A DNA stretch of 64,000 nucleotides from assembly GCA_002412545.1 (NCBI GenBank), contig DHVG01000001.1, positions 206,766 to 270,765 on the forward strand. The letters run 5' to 3'. A program made the translations under genes and the position numbers. Source of the DNA: Elusimicrobia bacterium UBA5214 (GTDB lineage Bacteria; Elusimicrobiota; UBA5214). Of the stretch, positions 47,209 through 55,298 are shown piece after piece. The notes beneath the pieces are model-generated. The model searched no databases. It was not told where the DNA came from and was given only the letters and a program-made list of their open reading frames with translations. Position 1 is the stretch's first letter. Each line of letters begins with the position of its first letter.

Positions 47209-48567
47209 TTAATAATCAATATTAAAAAACTTTTTTAAATTTTGTCTTGCAGTTTCACTTCCTAAATCTGCCGCTTTTTGCCAGTCACTAATGCTTAATT
47301 TATTTAATCCTTTTTTATAATAAGCGACTCCACGATTATAGTAGGCATCTTCATGTTGTGGATATAAATCTATAGCTTTATTGTAATCTTTTATTGCTTC
47401 ATCATATAACTCTTTATCTATATAAATAGAAGCACGGTCATTATAAACAAAACGAAGTACCCACTCACTAGCTTCAAAAACTTCATCTTCTGGAAATAAA
47501 ACTAAGACTGCAGTAGTAATATCAAAATTACCTGTCGTAATTTTCGCTCTTTCAGTCCCGGAAGATGATAATACCCAGAAGTATGTTGTAATTTCCGATA
47601 ATCCGAAGTAATTGTAATTTGGGATTGAAGCTAATTGAATCGCTTCCGTATAATCTTGTATTGCTTTGTCATATAATCCTAATTTTCTATAAATGCCCCC
47701 GCGAATTCGATGTGCATTTGCATTTCTAGGTTTTAGTTCAATCCATTTTGTATAGTCGCTTATTGCCATGTAATTCAATTCCTTATTGGCATAAGCATCA
47801 CCGCGGTTCTCATAGGCATATGCATATTCGGGATTTACTTTTATTGCCTTTGTATAGTCTTCTATTGCTTCGTCATCCAATTTTTTATAATAATGATAAA
47901 TAAACCCACGGGCAATGTATGCCTTTGCATATTTTGAGTCCAATTCGATTGCTTTTGTAAAATATTCTATTGCTTTATCAAAAAGATGTAAATAATATAC
48001 TTCTTCACCTTTAATAAACCATTGGTATGCGGTTAGGTTTTCGGTCGGATTAACTTTTATTTCTTCTTTTTCTTTTTCACCCAAAACAATTTTCAAACTA
48101 TCCAATAAATTAAACGCAATTTCATCTTGAAGTTTAAAAATATCGGATATATTACCAGTTATTTCTGCTGTGTCAATTACTTCCCGGGTTTCCACATCCA
48201 CAAATCTTGCCGTAACTCTTAGTTTATCTCCCATAACCTGAAAAGAACCAAAAACTAACACATCGGCGCCATACATTTTGCCTATTTCAACTGCGGTTTT
48301 TTCATCAACGGCACCTGAATACTGAAACTTTATCTCTTCTAATATTTTTGACAGATATTCTCTTTCAAGTACGGTTATTTCGCTGACTTTAACTATTTTT
48401 GTAGTTAAGGTTTCTGAAAATCCCGCACCTATCCAGTTTTTTTCTTTATCTTCGGTTATATTTTGAAAAGGGATTACTGCAATATTTTTTGTCTGATTAG
48501 ACCCCTTCGGGGATAATACGGGGCAAGTAACAAACAAGATAATAATGGCTAGAAATATTTTTTTCAT
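47209..48567 (-). CDS. Lipoprotein with CsgG/FlgP/LpoB-like N-domain and multiple TPR repeats
   Basis: Lipobox LFVTC. N-domain NIAVIPFQNITEDKEKNWIGAGFSETLTTKIV...VLEREYLSKILEEIKFQYSGAVDEKTAVEIGKMYGADVLVFGS. C-terminal TPR units (AYIARGFIY, AYENRGDAY, AYYNRGVAY). Confidence 0.6.
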   Translation of the reverse strand: MKKIFLAIIILFVTCPVLSPKGSNQTKNIAVIPFQNITEDKEKNWIGAGFSETLTTKIVKVSEITVLEREYLSKILEEIKFQYSGAVDEKTAVEIGKMYGADVLVFGSFQVMGDKLRVTARFVDVETREVIDTAEITGNISDIFKLQDEIAFNLLDSLKIVLGEKEKEEIKVNPTENLTAYQWFIKGEEVYYLHLFDKAIEYFTKAIELDSKYAKAYIARGFIYHYYKKLDDEAIEDYTKAIKVNPEYAYAYENRGDAYANKELNYMAISDYTKWIELKPRNANAHRIRGGIYRKLGLYDKAIQDYTEAIQLASIPNYNYFGLSEITTYFWVLSSSGTERAKITTGNFDITTAVLVLFPEDEVFEASEWVLRFVYNDRASIYIDKELYDEAIKDYNKAIDLYPQHEDAYYNRGVAYYKKGLNKLSISDWQKAADLGSETARQNLKKFFNIDY

Positions 48568-48835
48568 TAAAATTCCTCCAAGGAAAACGGTGTCGGATTT
48601 AAAATTTTCAATCTTTTGTATCTTTGCCAGACTTGATTTCTTAATTTATTTCAACGATATAAATATAAAAACTATTTTATAAATCTAATCGCTACAAACC
48701 ACCGCTTTCAGCGGGGTCTCCGAAATACAAAAACCGACTTGGTGAGTTACATCATATTCTCCGGATTAATCCGCTTTTCCAAACACCTCGTTCAGTCCAT
48801 CAATGGTTTTTTGCATATCAAAGGATTTCTGGGCT

Positions 48836-48958
48836 TCAATTGTCAATACAGGAAACAGTAATATAATAATCTTTCTCAAGAAGCCTTAAAGGGAATCCTG
48901 TCTGTGCAGATGCTCTTTCAAGAATCTTAAGAAATTCCTCTTTATCGTTATGAAGCAT
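48836..48958 (-). pseudogene. abiEii: Truncated AbiEii/AbiGii-family nucleotidyltransferase toxin remnant (40 codons, then stop)
   Basis: Minus-strand ORF MLHNDKEEFLKILERASAQTGFPLRLLEKDYYITVSCIDN* carries the AbiEii N-terminal EKDY(W/Y)(V/I)T signature. Its ATG overlaps the abiEi stop by 11 nt (ATGCTTCATAA). The reading frame collapses after about 40 codons. Confidence 0.5.
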
Positions 48959-49748
48959 TTTCAATTAACATCCATTTTTTATTAACCTTGCCTTTCCTTG
49001 ATTTTGAAGGATAAAGGTTAATCAATGATGTTTTTTTAACCGCCTTCAGCAAAGGCACGAGCTCTTTATCAGGCACCCCTGCACTTTCAAGCACAAAGCC
49101 GATTCTCTTTGCTGTTGCGACATCAGGAAACCTCAGAGCATATCTTTTAAGCTTTCCTGCATCTATTTTCCTATTTTTTATCTGTTCTTTTAATATCTCA
49201 AATGCTTTTTTCATGCCTCCGATGGGGTCAGGAAAATAAACCAGGTCAACAAGAGTTCTCTCCCGGTCACTCACTATCACCCCGGTATCCTTGATTCTGA
49301 TTTTTTTAAGACCATACATCCTTTTCTGGGAAATCTTAACCATTTTAAAACGCATGCTGCCGATTACCTTTTCCCTCTGCAAAGAGGTATTTAGTATGTA
49401 CATCACCTGAAAAATTTGGTCAGTAAAGCCATAGTAGTTATACATAGGTGAATAACCGATGTAATAATTGTCTTTGGGAAAGAAAACTGAAGGAATAAGA
49501 AATTCATTGATATTGCTTCCGGCAGGTCCTGCCTCAAGAGGCGAATAAAGATAAACACCCTTCTTTATCTTTTTCAGGATGCCCTGCCTGTTGAGCCTGA
49601 AAAGTATTTTTTCCCTTGCCTTCTTAGGAAATCTAAAGTATCTGCCAAACTGCTCCAGGGTTACTATCGAAACCTTTTCGTAGGCAAGTCTTGCAATGAC
49701 TTTTTTTTCCCTGGGACTTAAATATTGCATTGTATTATTTTTTACCAT
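48948..49748 (-). CDS. abiEi: AbiEi-family type IV toxin-antitoxin antitoxin / transcriptional regulator (apparently orphaned)
   Basis: N-terminal wHTH-like segment (LSPREKKVIARLAYEKVSIVTLEQFGRYF). Immediately upstream of, and overlapping, an AbiEii-like remnant. The gene is about 45% GC against about 33% in its flanks. Confidence 0.5.
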   Translation of the reverse strand: MVKNNTMQYLSPREKKVIARLAYEKVSIVTLEQFGRYFRFPKKAREKILFRLNRQGILKKIKKGVYLYSPLEAGPAGSNINEFLIPSVFFPKDNYYIGYSPMYNYYGFTDQIFQVMYILNTSLQREKVIGSMRFKMVKISQKRMYGLKKIRIKDTGVIVSDRERTLVDLVYFPDPIGGMKKAFEILKEQIKNRKIDAGKLKRYALRFPDVATAKRIGFVLESAGVPDKELVPLLKAVKKTSLINLYPSKSRKGKVNKKWMLIENAS

Positions 49749-49790
49749 TTTTCCATCTCTCGGAAATATTGTAAATTTCTATACAATATG

Positions 49791-49818
49791 ATTTTACATC
49801 TTTTTAGGCTTTTGTCAA
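49791..49818 (-). promoter_or_regulatory. Putative abiEi promoter on the minus strand (TTGACA, 16-bp spacer, TAAAAT), followed by an ATTGTA...TACAAT inverted repeat (49769-49788)
   Basis: Hexamers read from the reverse complement. The inverted repeat lies between the -10 element and the start codon, consistent with an autoregulatory operator. Confidence 0.35.
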
Positions 49819-49906
49819 GTCAAAAATGCTTGAATGCTCGCACAGTAAGAATCATTCCGCATTACTGTAACTAGTGTAGTGCGTCAAACAGATCTTTACA
49901 TTTGGT

Positions 49907-49980
49907 TGTCATTGCGAGGTCTCTTTTAAGAGACCGTGGCAATCCCATTATGAGATTGCTTCACTTCGTTCGCAATGACA
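49907..49980. mobile_element. MITE-like element copy A (74 bp) with terminal inverted repeats tGTCATTGCGAgg ... cgTTCGCAATGACa, abutting the uvrC stop codon
   Basis: Shares its termini and internal blocks (GGCAATCyCAT.A.GAGATT, GATTGCTTC) with copy B at 51396-51519. Confidence 0.6.
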
Positions 49981-49994
49981 TTTCAGTGTAATCA

Positions 49995-51383
49995 TTAGCC
50001 GGGAGTGACTTTTGCGATAGGCTGAAATTTATCTTTTTTGCGCAGGAGTTTGTGGTAGGAAATAGCGAAGCGGTGGGCTTCGTCACGAATCCGCTGGAGT
50101 AGTTGTAAAGCCGGTGAATTTGCCGGTAAATTAAGAGGTTTACTTTTTTTCGGCAATCCCTCCTTCACTAAAGCTTCCTCTTTCGCCAAGGCTTTAGAGG
50201 ACAAGTCGGAGGGCAGGTAGATTTCTTCTTTTTCTTTAGCTAAAGCGATTATAGGTAGTGTAAGGTGTAAGGTGTTAAGTGTTTCCACTGCGGTAGATAG
50301 ATGTCCTTTACCACCGTCAATGAGAATAAGGTCGGGAAATTTCTCCCCCGCTTCCAGAATTCTTTTGTATCGCCGGGAAAGAACTTCGCTAATCATTTTA
50401 TAATCGTCAATTTTATTTACTGTCTTTATTTTATATCTCCGGTATAAGTTTTTGTTCGGTTCACCTTTTTCAAAAACAACTAAAGAACCTACTGCCTGTT
50501 TACCGGAAATATTGGAAATATCAAACGCTTCAATATGTAAAGGTACATTGGGTAAGGAGAACAACTTTTTCAGTTCGCTTAAACCTTGAGTAATTTTGAT
50601 TTTTTTCGGTAAATCTGTTTCTCGGACTTCTTTAAAATCAATCCGCTCGGGAATATTTTGGATTGCGGAAATCGTATCGCGGATTTTTCTTGCTTCTTCA
50701 AAATCAAGTTTTTTTGAATATTGCTGCATTTGTTTTTCTAAATGCTTAAGTAATTCTTGATGGTTCCCTTCTAAAAAAAGAATAACTTGGTTAACTATTT
50801 CCCGATATTTTTTTTGACTAATTTCACCAAGACAGGGTGCGGGACATTGTTTTATATGATAATAAAGGCAGGAACGCACTTTTTTTTCCGGTATCGGTGT
50901 ATCTTTAGAAAGCGGGTATTTACAGAGACGGAGTGGGAACACCCGCTGTAACCAGCGTAAAGTCCTGCGGGTTTGTCCGACTTCAGTGTAAGGTCCGAAA
51001 TAACGGGCATTTTTTACTCTCCCTTCCCGTTTTCTTGCCAGGAATAAACGCGGAAACTCTTCACCCAAAGTGAGCATTAAATGCGGGTAGGATTTATCGT
51101 CCCGCCAGAGGATATTGTATTTCGGCTGGTATCTTCTAATCAGTTTACTTTCTAAAATTAACGCTTCGGTTTCGGTTTTTGTTACCAAGTAGTCAATTTT
51201 GGCAATTTGCGGGAGCATAATTGCATTTTTTGTAGATTGTTCAATATGTGGGTAAAAATAGGAAGCGACCCGTTTTTTTAGAGAAGTAGCTTTACCGATG
51301 TAGATGATTTGACTGCTGCTATTCTGCATTAAATATACGCCGGGTGCAGAAGGTAAGTTTTTCAGTTTTTCTTTTAGATTCAT
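49995..51383 (-). CDS. uvrC: Excinuclease ABC subunit C lacking the C-terminal (HhH)2 domain (462 aa)
   Basis: N-terminal GIY-YIG domain (APGVYLMQNSSSQIIYIGKATSLKKRV), the UvrBC-interacting region, and the RNase H-like endonuclease domain (IEAFDISNISGKQAVGSLVVF...YRRYKIK, DLILIDGGKGHLS, RDEAHRFAISYH). The ORF ends right at MITE copy A. Carries a GGTGTAA heptamer-repeat insertion at 50256-50284. Confidence 0.8.
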   Translation of the reverse strand: MNLKEKLKNLPSAPGVYLMQNSSSQIIYIGKATSLKKRVASYFYPHIEQSTKNAIMLPQIAKIDYLVTKTETEALILESKLIRRYQPKYNILWRDDKSYPHLMLTLGEEFPRLFLARKREGRVKNARYFGPYTEVGQTRRTLRWLQRVFPLRLCKYPLSKDTPIPEKKVRSCLYYHIKQCPAPCLGEISQKKYREIVNQVILFLEGNHQELLKHLEKQMQQYSKKLDFEEARKIRDTISAIQNIPERIDFKEVRETDLPKKIKITQGLSELKKLFSLPNVPLHIEAFDISNISGKQAVGSLVVFEKGEPNKNLYRRYKIKTVNKIDDYKMISEVLSRRYKRILEAGEKFPDLILIDGGKGHLSTAVETLNTLHLTLPIIALAKEKEEIYLPSDLSSKALAKEEALVKEGLPKKSKPLNLPANSPALQLLQRIRDEAHRFAISYHKLLRKKDKFQPIAKVTPG

Positions 51384-51395
51384 TTAAGCGATGCA

Positions 51396-51519
51396 GTCAT
51401 TGCGAAGCCCGAATGTTCTATTGGGCTGAGGCAATCTCATGAGATTTAAGAGCCTGTTCCGAGCTAAGTGAGGAATCTTGATTTGAGATTGCTTCGTCAT
51501 TTCATTCCTCGCAATGACA
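51396..51519. mobile_element. MITE-like element copy B (124 bp): GTCATTGCGAag ... cCTCGCAATGAC, upstream of uvrC
   Basis: Same terminal inverted repeats and internal conserved blocks as copy A. A solo right-end copy (TTCATTCCTCGCAATGACAC) follows at 51573-51593. Confidence 0.6.
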
Positions 51520-51664
51520 CTTATCGGTAAACTGGTTTATGGTTTACCGGCCTATTCTCTTTCGTTAACTGGTTTCATTCCTCGCAATGACACGATTGCT
51601 ATTATCCGTGCAATCACGATTAATAATCTGTGTAATCTATGTTTTAGAAATCTGCGTAATCTAT

Positions 51665-53215
51665 TTACAGTTCACCGGTTTCTTCTTTTTCGAGGACTGC
51701 GAATAATGTCTTGCTTTCTTCCATTTTCAAGAAATGGGTGAGCAGAAAATAAATAACTACACCGCTGGTAATCGGGATGATTACCGAAAGGAACTTTGAC
51801 CAGGGGAAAAAATGGTAAGCGAGAAGATAGCAGACTATAGCCATAATCAGAGTAGCGAGCAGAGTGCGTTTGACCGTTTCTATTATTCTTCTTAATCCTA
51901 CTTTGCCAATCCGCAGGCGGAGAATAATTAAGAGGATACTGAAATTGACAATTGAAGAAATTGCCGTGGCTAAAGCTAATCCACCGACACCCATTATTTC
52001 CATAAGGATGAGATTGAGGACAACATTTAAACTTAAAGCCAAAACCGCTACTTTTAAGGGTGTTTTTGTATCCTGCAAGGAATAAAAAACTGCAGCGACA
52101 ATTTTTGTCCCGGCATAAGCGAAAGTCCCTAAAGCATAATAGAAGAGTGCCTGACTGGTTAGTTTTGTTGCTTCAGCAGTGAAAGCACCACGCTGGAAAA
52201 GTAAACGCACAATCGGTTCGGCAAGAACCATCAGTCCTACCGAAGCCGGGATGATAATAAAGAATACGGTTCTTAGAGATAAGGAGAGCGTATCTTTTAA
52301 TTCAGTAAAATTCTTTGCACTTACGCTTTTTGCCATCATCGGTAAAGAAACCGTCGCCATTGCGATACCGAAAAGAGCTAACGGGAGTTGCATTAAACGG
52401 TTAGAATAATAAAGTGCAGTTACACTGCCTTCTCTTAGGAACGAACCGCAGAGAGTATCAACAAAGGAATTAATTTGTTCTACGGAAAAACCAATCATTG
52501 CCGGTAACATTAAAAGAAAGATTCTTCTTAAGCCGGGATGACGAAAATTAATCTTAAACCGTAATTGCCAGCCGTGTTTAAAAAGTATTGGTAACTGGTA
52601 GGCAAATTGTCCCAAGCCACCGATTACTACCGCGACGGCTAATCCTTTAATTGGTGAAAGTAGATAACCAGCAATTAGTAAAATATAGATTATTTCGGCA
52701 AAGTCAAGGTAAAGCGGTGATAAGGCGGGAAGAAAAAAGATATGTAAAGCATTCAAAGTTCCTAAAAGTAATGCGGCTAAACAAATTAGAAGTAGGTAAG
52801 GGAACATTATTCGGACCAGAGTAATGGTAAGTTCTAATTTTTTTGGACTGATTTCAAATCCCCAGGCGACAAGTTTAGTAATTTCGGATGCAAAAATTAT
52901 ACCTAAAATAGTTAAGATAGAAAGAATTATAAAGAGTGTCGTAAAAACTGCATTTAATAAGTCCTGAGTTTCTTCTTTACTTTTTGTGTTCAGGTATTCG
53001 GTAAAGACCGGCACAAAGGATGCGGAAAACGCACCTTCACCGAGAAGACGGCGGAAAAGGTTAGGTATGCGGTAGGCGGCATAGAATGCATCGGCAAAAA
53101 GCCCGGCACCAAAAAATTTTGCTACGAACATATCCCGGATATAACCGAAAATCCGGCAAATTAGAATAGCAAAACTAACTTTCCCGAAATATTGGGTAAT
53201 TTTTTTTGTAGACAT
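51665..53215 (-). CDS. murJ: Lipid II flippase MurJ (MviN)
   Basis: 14-TM MOP-superfamily protein. The N-terminus ITQYFGKVSFAILICRIFGYIRDMFVAKFFGAG is typical of MurJ. Confidence 0.85.
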   Translation of the reverse strand: MSTKKITQYFGKVSFAILICRIFGYIRDMFVAKFFGAGLFADAFYAAYRIPNLFRRLLGEGAFSASFVPVFTEYLNTKSKEETQDLLNAVFTTLFIILSILTILGIIFASEITKLVAWGFEISPKKLELTITLVRIMFPYLLLICLAALLLGTLNALHIFFLPALSPLYLDFAEIIYILLIAGYLLSPIKGLAVAVVIGGLGQFAYQLPILFKHGWQLRFKINFRHPGLRRIFLLMLPAMIGFSVEQINSFVDTLCGSFLREGSVTALYYSNRLMQLPLALFGIAMATVSLPMMAKSVSAKNFTELKDTLSLSLRTVFFIIIPASVGLMVLAEPIVRLLFQRGAFTAEATKLTSQALFYYALGTFAYAGTKIVAAVFYSLQDTKTPLKVAVLALSLNVVLNLILMEIMGVGGLALATAISSIVNFSILLIILRLRIGKVGLRRIIETVKRTLLATLIMAIVCYLLAYHFFPWSKFLSVIIPITSGVVIYFLLTHFLKMEESKTLFAVLEKEETGEL

Positions 53216-53233
53216 TTTTTAGCAATTAACCCC

Positions 53234-53262
53234 TTGACTAAATTAATATTTTTTGTTACACT
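53234..53262 (+). promoter_or_regulatory. Putative promoter TTGACT, 17-bp spacer, TACACT upstream of rpsT
   Basis: Hexamers and spacing read from the sequence. It lies about 175 nt upstream of the rpsT ATG, so assignment to rpsT is tentative. Confidence 0.3.
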
Positions 53263-53436
53263 GGTATTTTAAGACCGTTGAAAAAGAACGATTACAGCGA
53301 TTACCGACTTTCAATCTGCGTAATCTGTTTTTTTAATCTGCGTAATCAGAAATTGCAAGCAATCTCATTTTAATAAATCCAGACGAATAAATCAAGGTAT
53401 AAACCAAAAAGGTTCATACTGAAGAAAGGAAAAAAA

Positions 53437-53739
53437 ATGGCAGCGAAACTACCTAAGGGAAGACACCGTTCAGCAATAAAAGAAGCAAGGAAGGCAAAAA
53501 AACACTATCTGCGCAACCGGGCAGTAAAAAAGAAAATACATTCGTTAGTTAAAAAGTTAGAACTTGCCAGTAAAGAGAAAAAGCAGAATGAAGCGAAAGA
53601 GTTACTTTCACAAATATTTACTGCTTATGATAAAGCAGCAAAACGGAGAATAATTCATCCTAATACCGCGGCACGGAAAAAATCACGTCTTTCCCATAGA
53701 TACAATACGCTCTTCAGTACCGGTCAGCCGAAAAATTAA
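53437..53739 (+). CDS. rpsT: 30S ribosomal protein S20
   Basis: Basic protein, 100 aa. MAAKLPKGRHRSAIKEARKAKK...AYDKAAKRRIIHPNTAARKKSRL matches the S20 pattern. Confidence 0.8.
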   Translation: MAAKLPKGRHRSAIKEARKAKKHYLRNRAVKKKIHSLVKKLELASKEKKQNEAKELLSQIFTAYDKAAKRRIIHPNTAARKKSRLSHRYNTLFSTGQPKN

Positions 53740-54711
53740 GTTCTCCAGAGCGATTTGTGCGGTTTTCTTCCCGGTTTTCATCTCGTAATCTGCTTGCTGG
53801 CAGTATTCCAAAAATCTGACTAATATTTTTTTGTCAAACTTTCTTACCTGTTTAAAAAAAAGCGGGTCATAAGATTTGTAAATTCTTAATTTTGTGCTGA
53901 TTTCTTCATCAGATAATTCTTGCTCTTTAAAAGATAAGGCGTAAATGAATTGTCTGATTCTTCGGGAAATTGCTCCTAAAATTATTTCCGGTCTTTCATT
54001 TTCAATAAATAGGTTGTTGAGAATTTTTAATGTTTGTTCCAGTTTATTTTCAAATAAAATTTTAGCCAATTCGTTAATTTGATAAATTCTTCCTTCAGCA
54101 CTAAGTGAGAAAACAATCTTTTCATTGATTTCCCTTTTTTCTTTATTGTAGAGACAGATTTTGTCAATTTCATTATTCAAATTAGATAAATTGTTACCGG
54201 TAAGTTCAAGTAGTAATTGTGCCGCCGGTGTGGAAATTGTTTTTTCTTCACTACTAAACCTTTTTCTAATCCAGAATAGAATTTCTCCCTCATTAAGATT
54301 CTTACAGTTAACAATTAAGCCAACTTGATTGATTTTTGTGTGTAAAAGATTTTTGGAATCAACTCTTCTGTTAGTTAATACCAAACAACTATTTAAAGAA
54401 GGTTTATCTAAATAGTTAATAATCTGTTGCTCATCTTTCTCTTTCCAATCATCAATATTTTCAACTACGATGAGGCGTTTTTCGGCAAGAAAAGGGACAG
54501 TGGCAAGGGTATCAATTATTACTTTTGGTGGAATGTCTGAGGCAGAATAAGAATTGTAGTTTAATTCTTTATTTTCGGCATTGAGAAGTGTTCTCTCTAT
54601 TTTTTTAAGCGCTTCTTGTTTTAGGTAGTTTTCTTCACCAGAAAAGAGATATACTGGAGATATTTTATTTTCTTTGAGGTGTTGAAGAAATTGAGTATAG
54701 TTAATAGTCAT
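53683..54711 (-). CDS. holA: DNA polymerase III delta subunit HolA
   Basis: N-terminal PVYLFSGEENYLKQEALKKI and overall size and helical C-terminus match HolA. Conserved leuS-lptE-holA synteny. Confidence 0.7.
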   Translation of the reverse strand: MTINYTQFLQHLKENKISPVYLFSGEENYLKQEALKKIERTLLNAENKELNYNSYSASDIPPKVIIDTLATVPFLAEKRLIVVENIDDWKEKDEQQIINYLDKPSLNSCLVLTNRRVDSKNLLHTKINQVGLIVNCKNLNEGEILFWIRKRFSSEEKTISTPAAQLLLELTGNNLSNLNNEIDKICLYNKEKREINEKIVFSLSAEGRIYQINELAKILFENKLEQTLKILNNLFIENERPEIILGAISRRIRQFIYALSFKEQELSDEEISTKLRIYKSYDPLFFKQVRKFDKKILVRFLEYCQQADYEMKTGKKTAQIALENLIFRLTGTEERIVSMGKT

Positions 54712-55298
54712 TCACTTCGGCTTGGTATTTTTCGTTCAGAAGCACCAGTAACGGTGCCGAAACCATATATCGTACGATGTAAAATATCACGGGATAAAAT
54801 ATTCCAAAGCTCCTCCCGTGCATCTTCTTCAGTAATACCTCCGGGTAATGTCGGGGCAAGAAAACGATATACACCTTCAAGATTTTTTTCTTCCCAGAGC
54901 GGTTCTTCTTTATCTTTTTCGTAAAGGGCAAGGTCAAAAATTACCCAGAGTTTATATTCTTTAACAACAAAATCAGCAGTATAAGTTAGCGGTTCAAGTA
55001 CATAACGAGTGATTTCACCCTTGATTAGAGCATCAGCATTTTCTTCTTTAGTAATTTCTAACCGTCCGTCACGAAGAAATTCTTCAATTACTCTTAAAGT
55101 AAACTTTTCCTCAATTCCATAGTAAATAGTTTTATTTTCAAAAGTAGGAATTACAATCTTCTTTATGTTGGGCGGTAGAATTTGAGGAGCGGGCATATAA
55201 CCGGCACAACCAATTAAACCAATAACCAATAACCAACAACCAATAACCAGCGAGATTTTTTTCATTTGTTTTTCCTCCCGATATTTATTGAGTAACAA
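54708..55298 (-). CDS. lptE: LPS-assembly lipoprotein LptE-like
   Basis: Lipobox LIGCAG and about 190 aa. Sits between leuS and holA, as in the conserved leuS-lptE-holA operon. Its signal peptide region carries a CCAATAA heptamer repeat. Confidence 0.5.
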   Translation of the reverse strand: MLLNKYREEKQMKKISLVIGCWLLVIGLIGCAGYMPAPQILPPNIKKIVIPTFENKTIYYGIEEKFTLRVIEEFLRDGRLEITKEENADALIKGEITRYVLEPLTYTADFVVKEYKLWVIFDLALYEKDKEEPLWEEKNLEGVYRFLAPTLPGGITEEDAREELWNILSRDILHRTIYGFGTVTGASERKIPSRSE

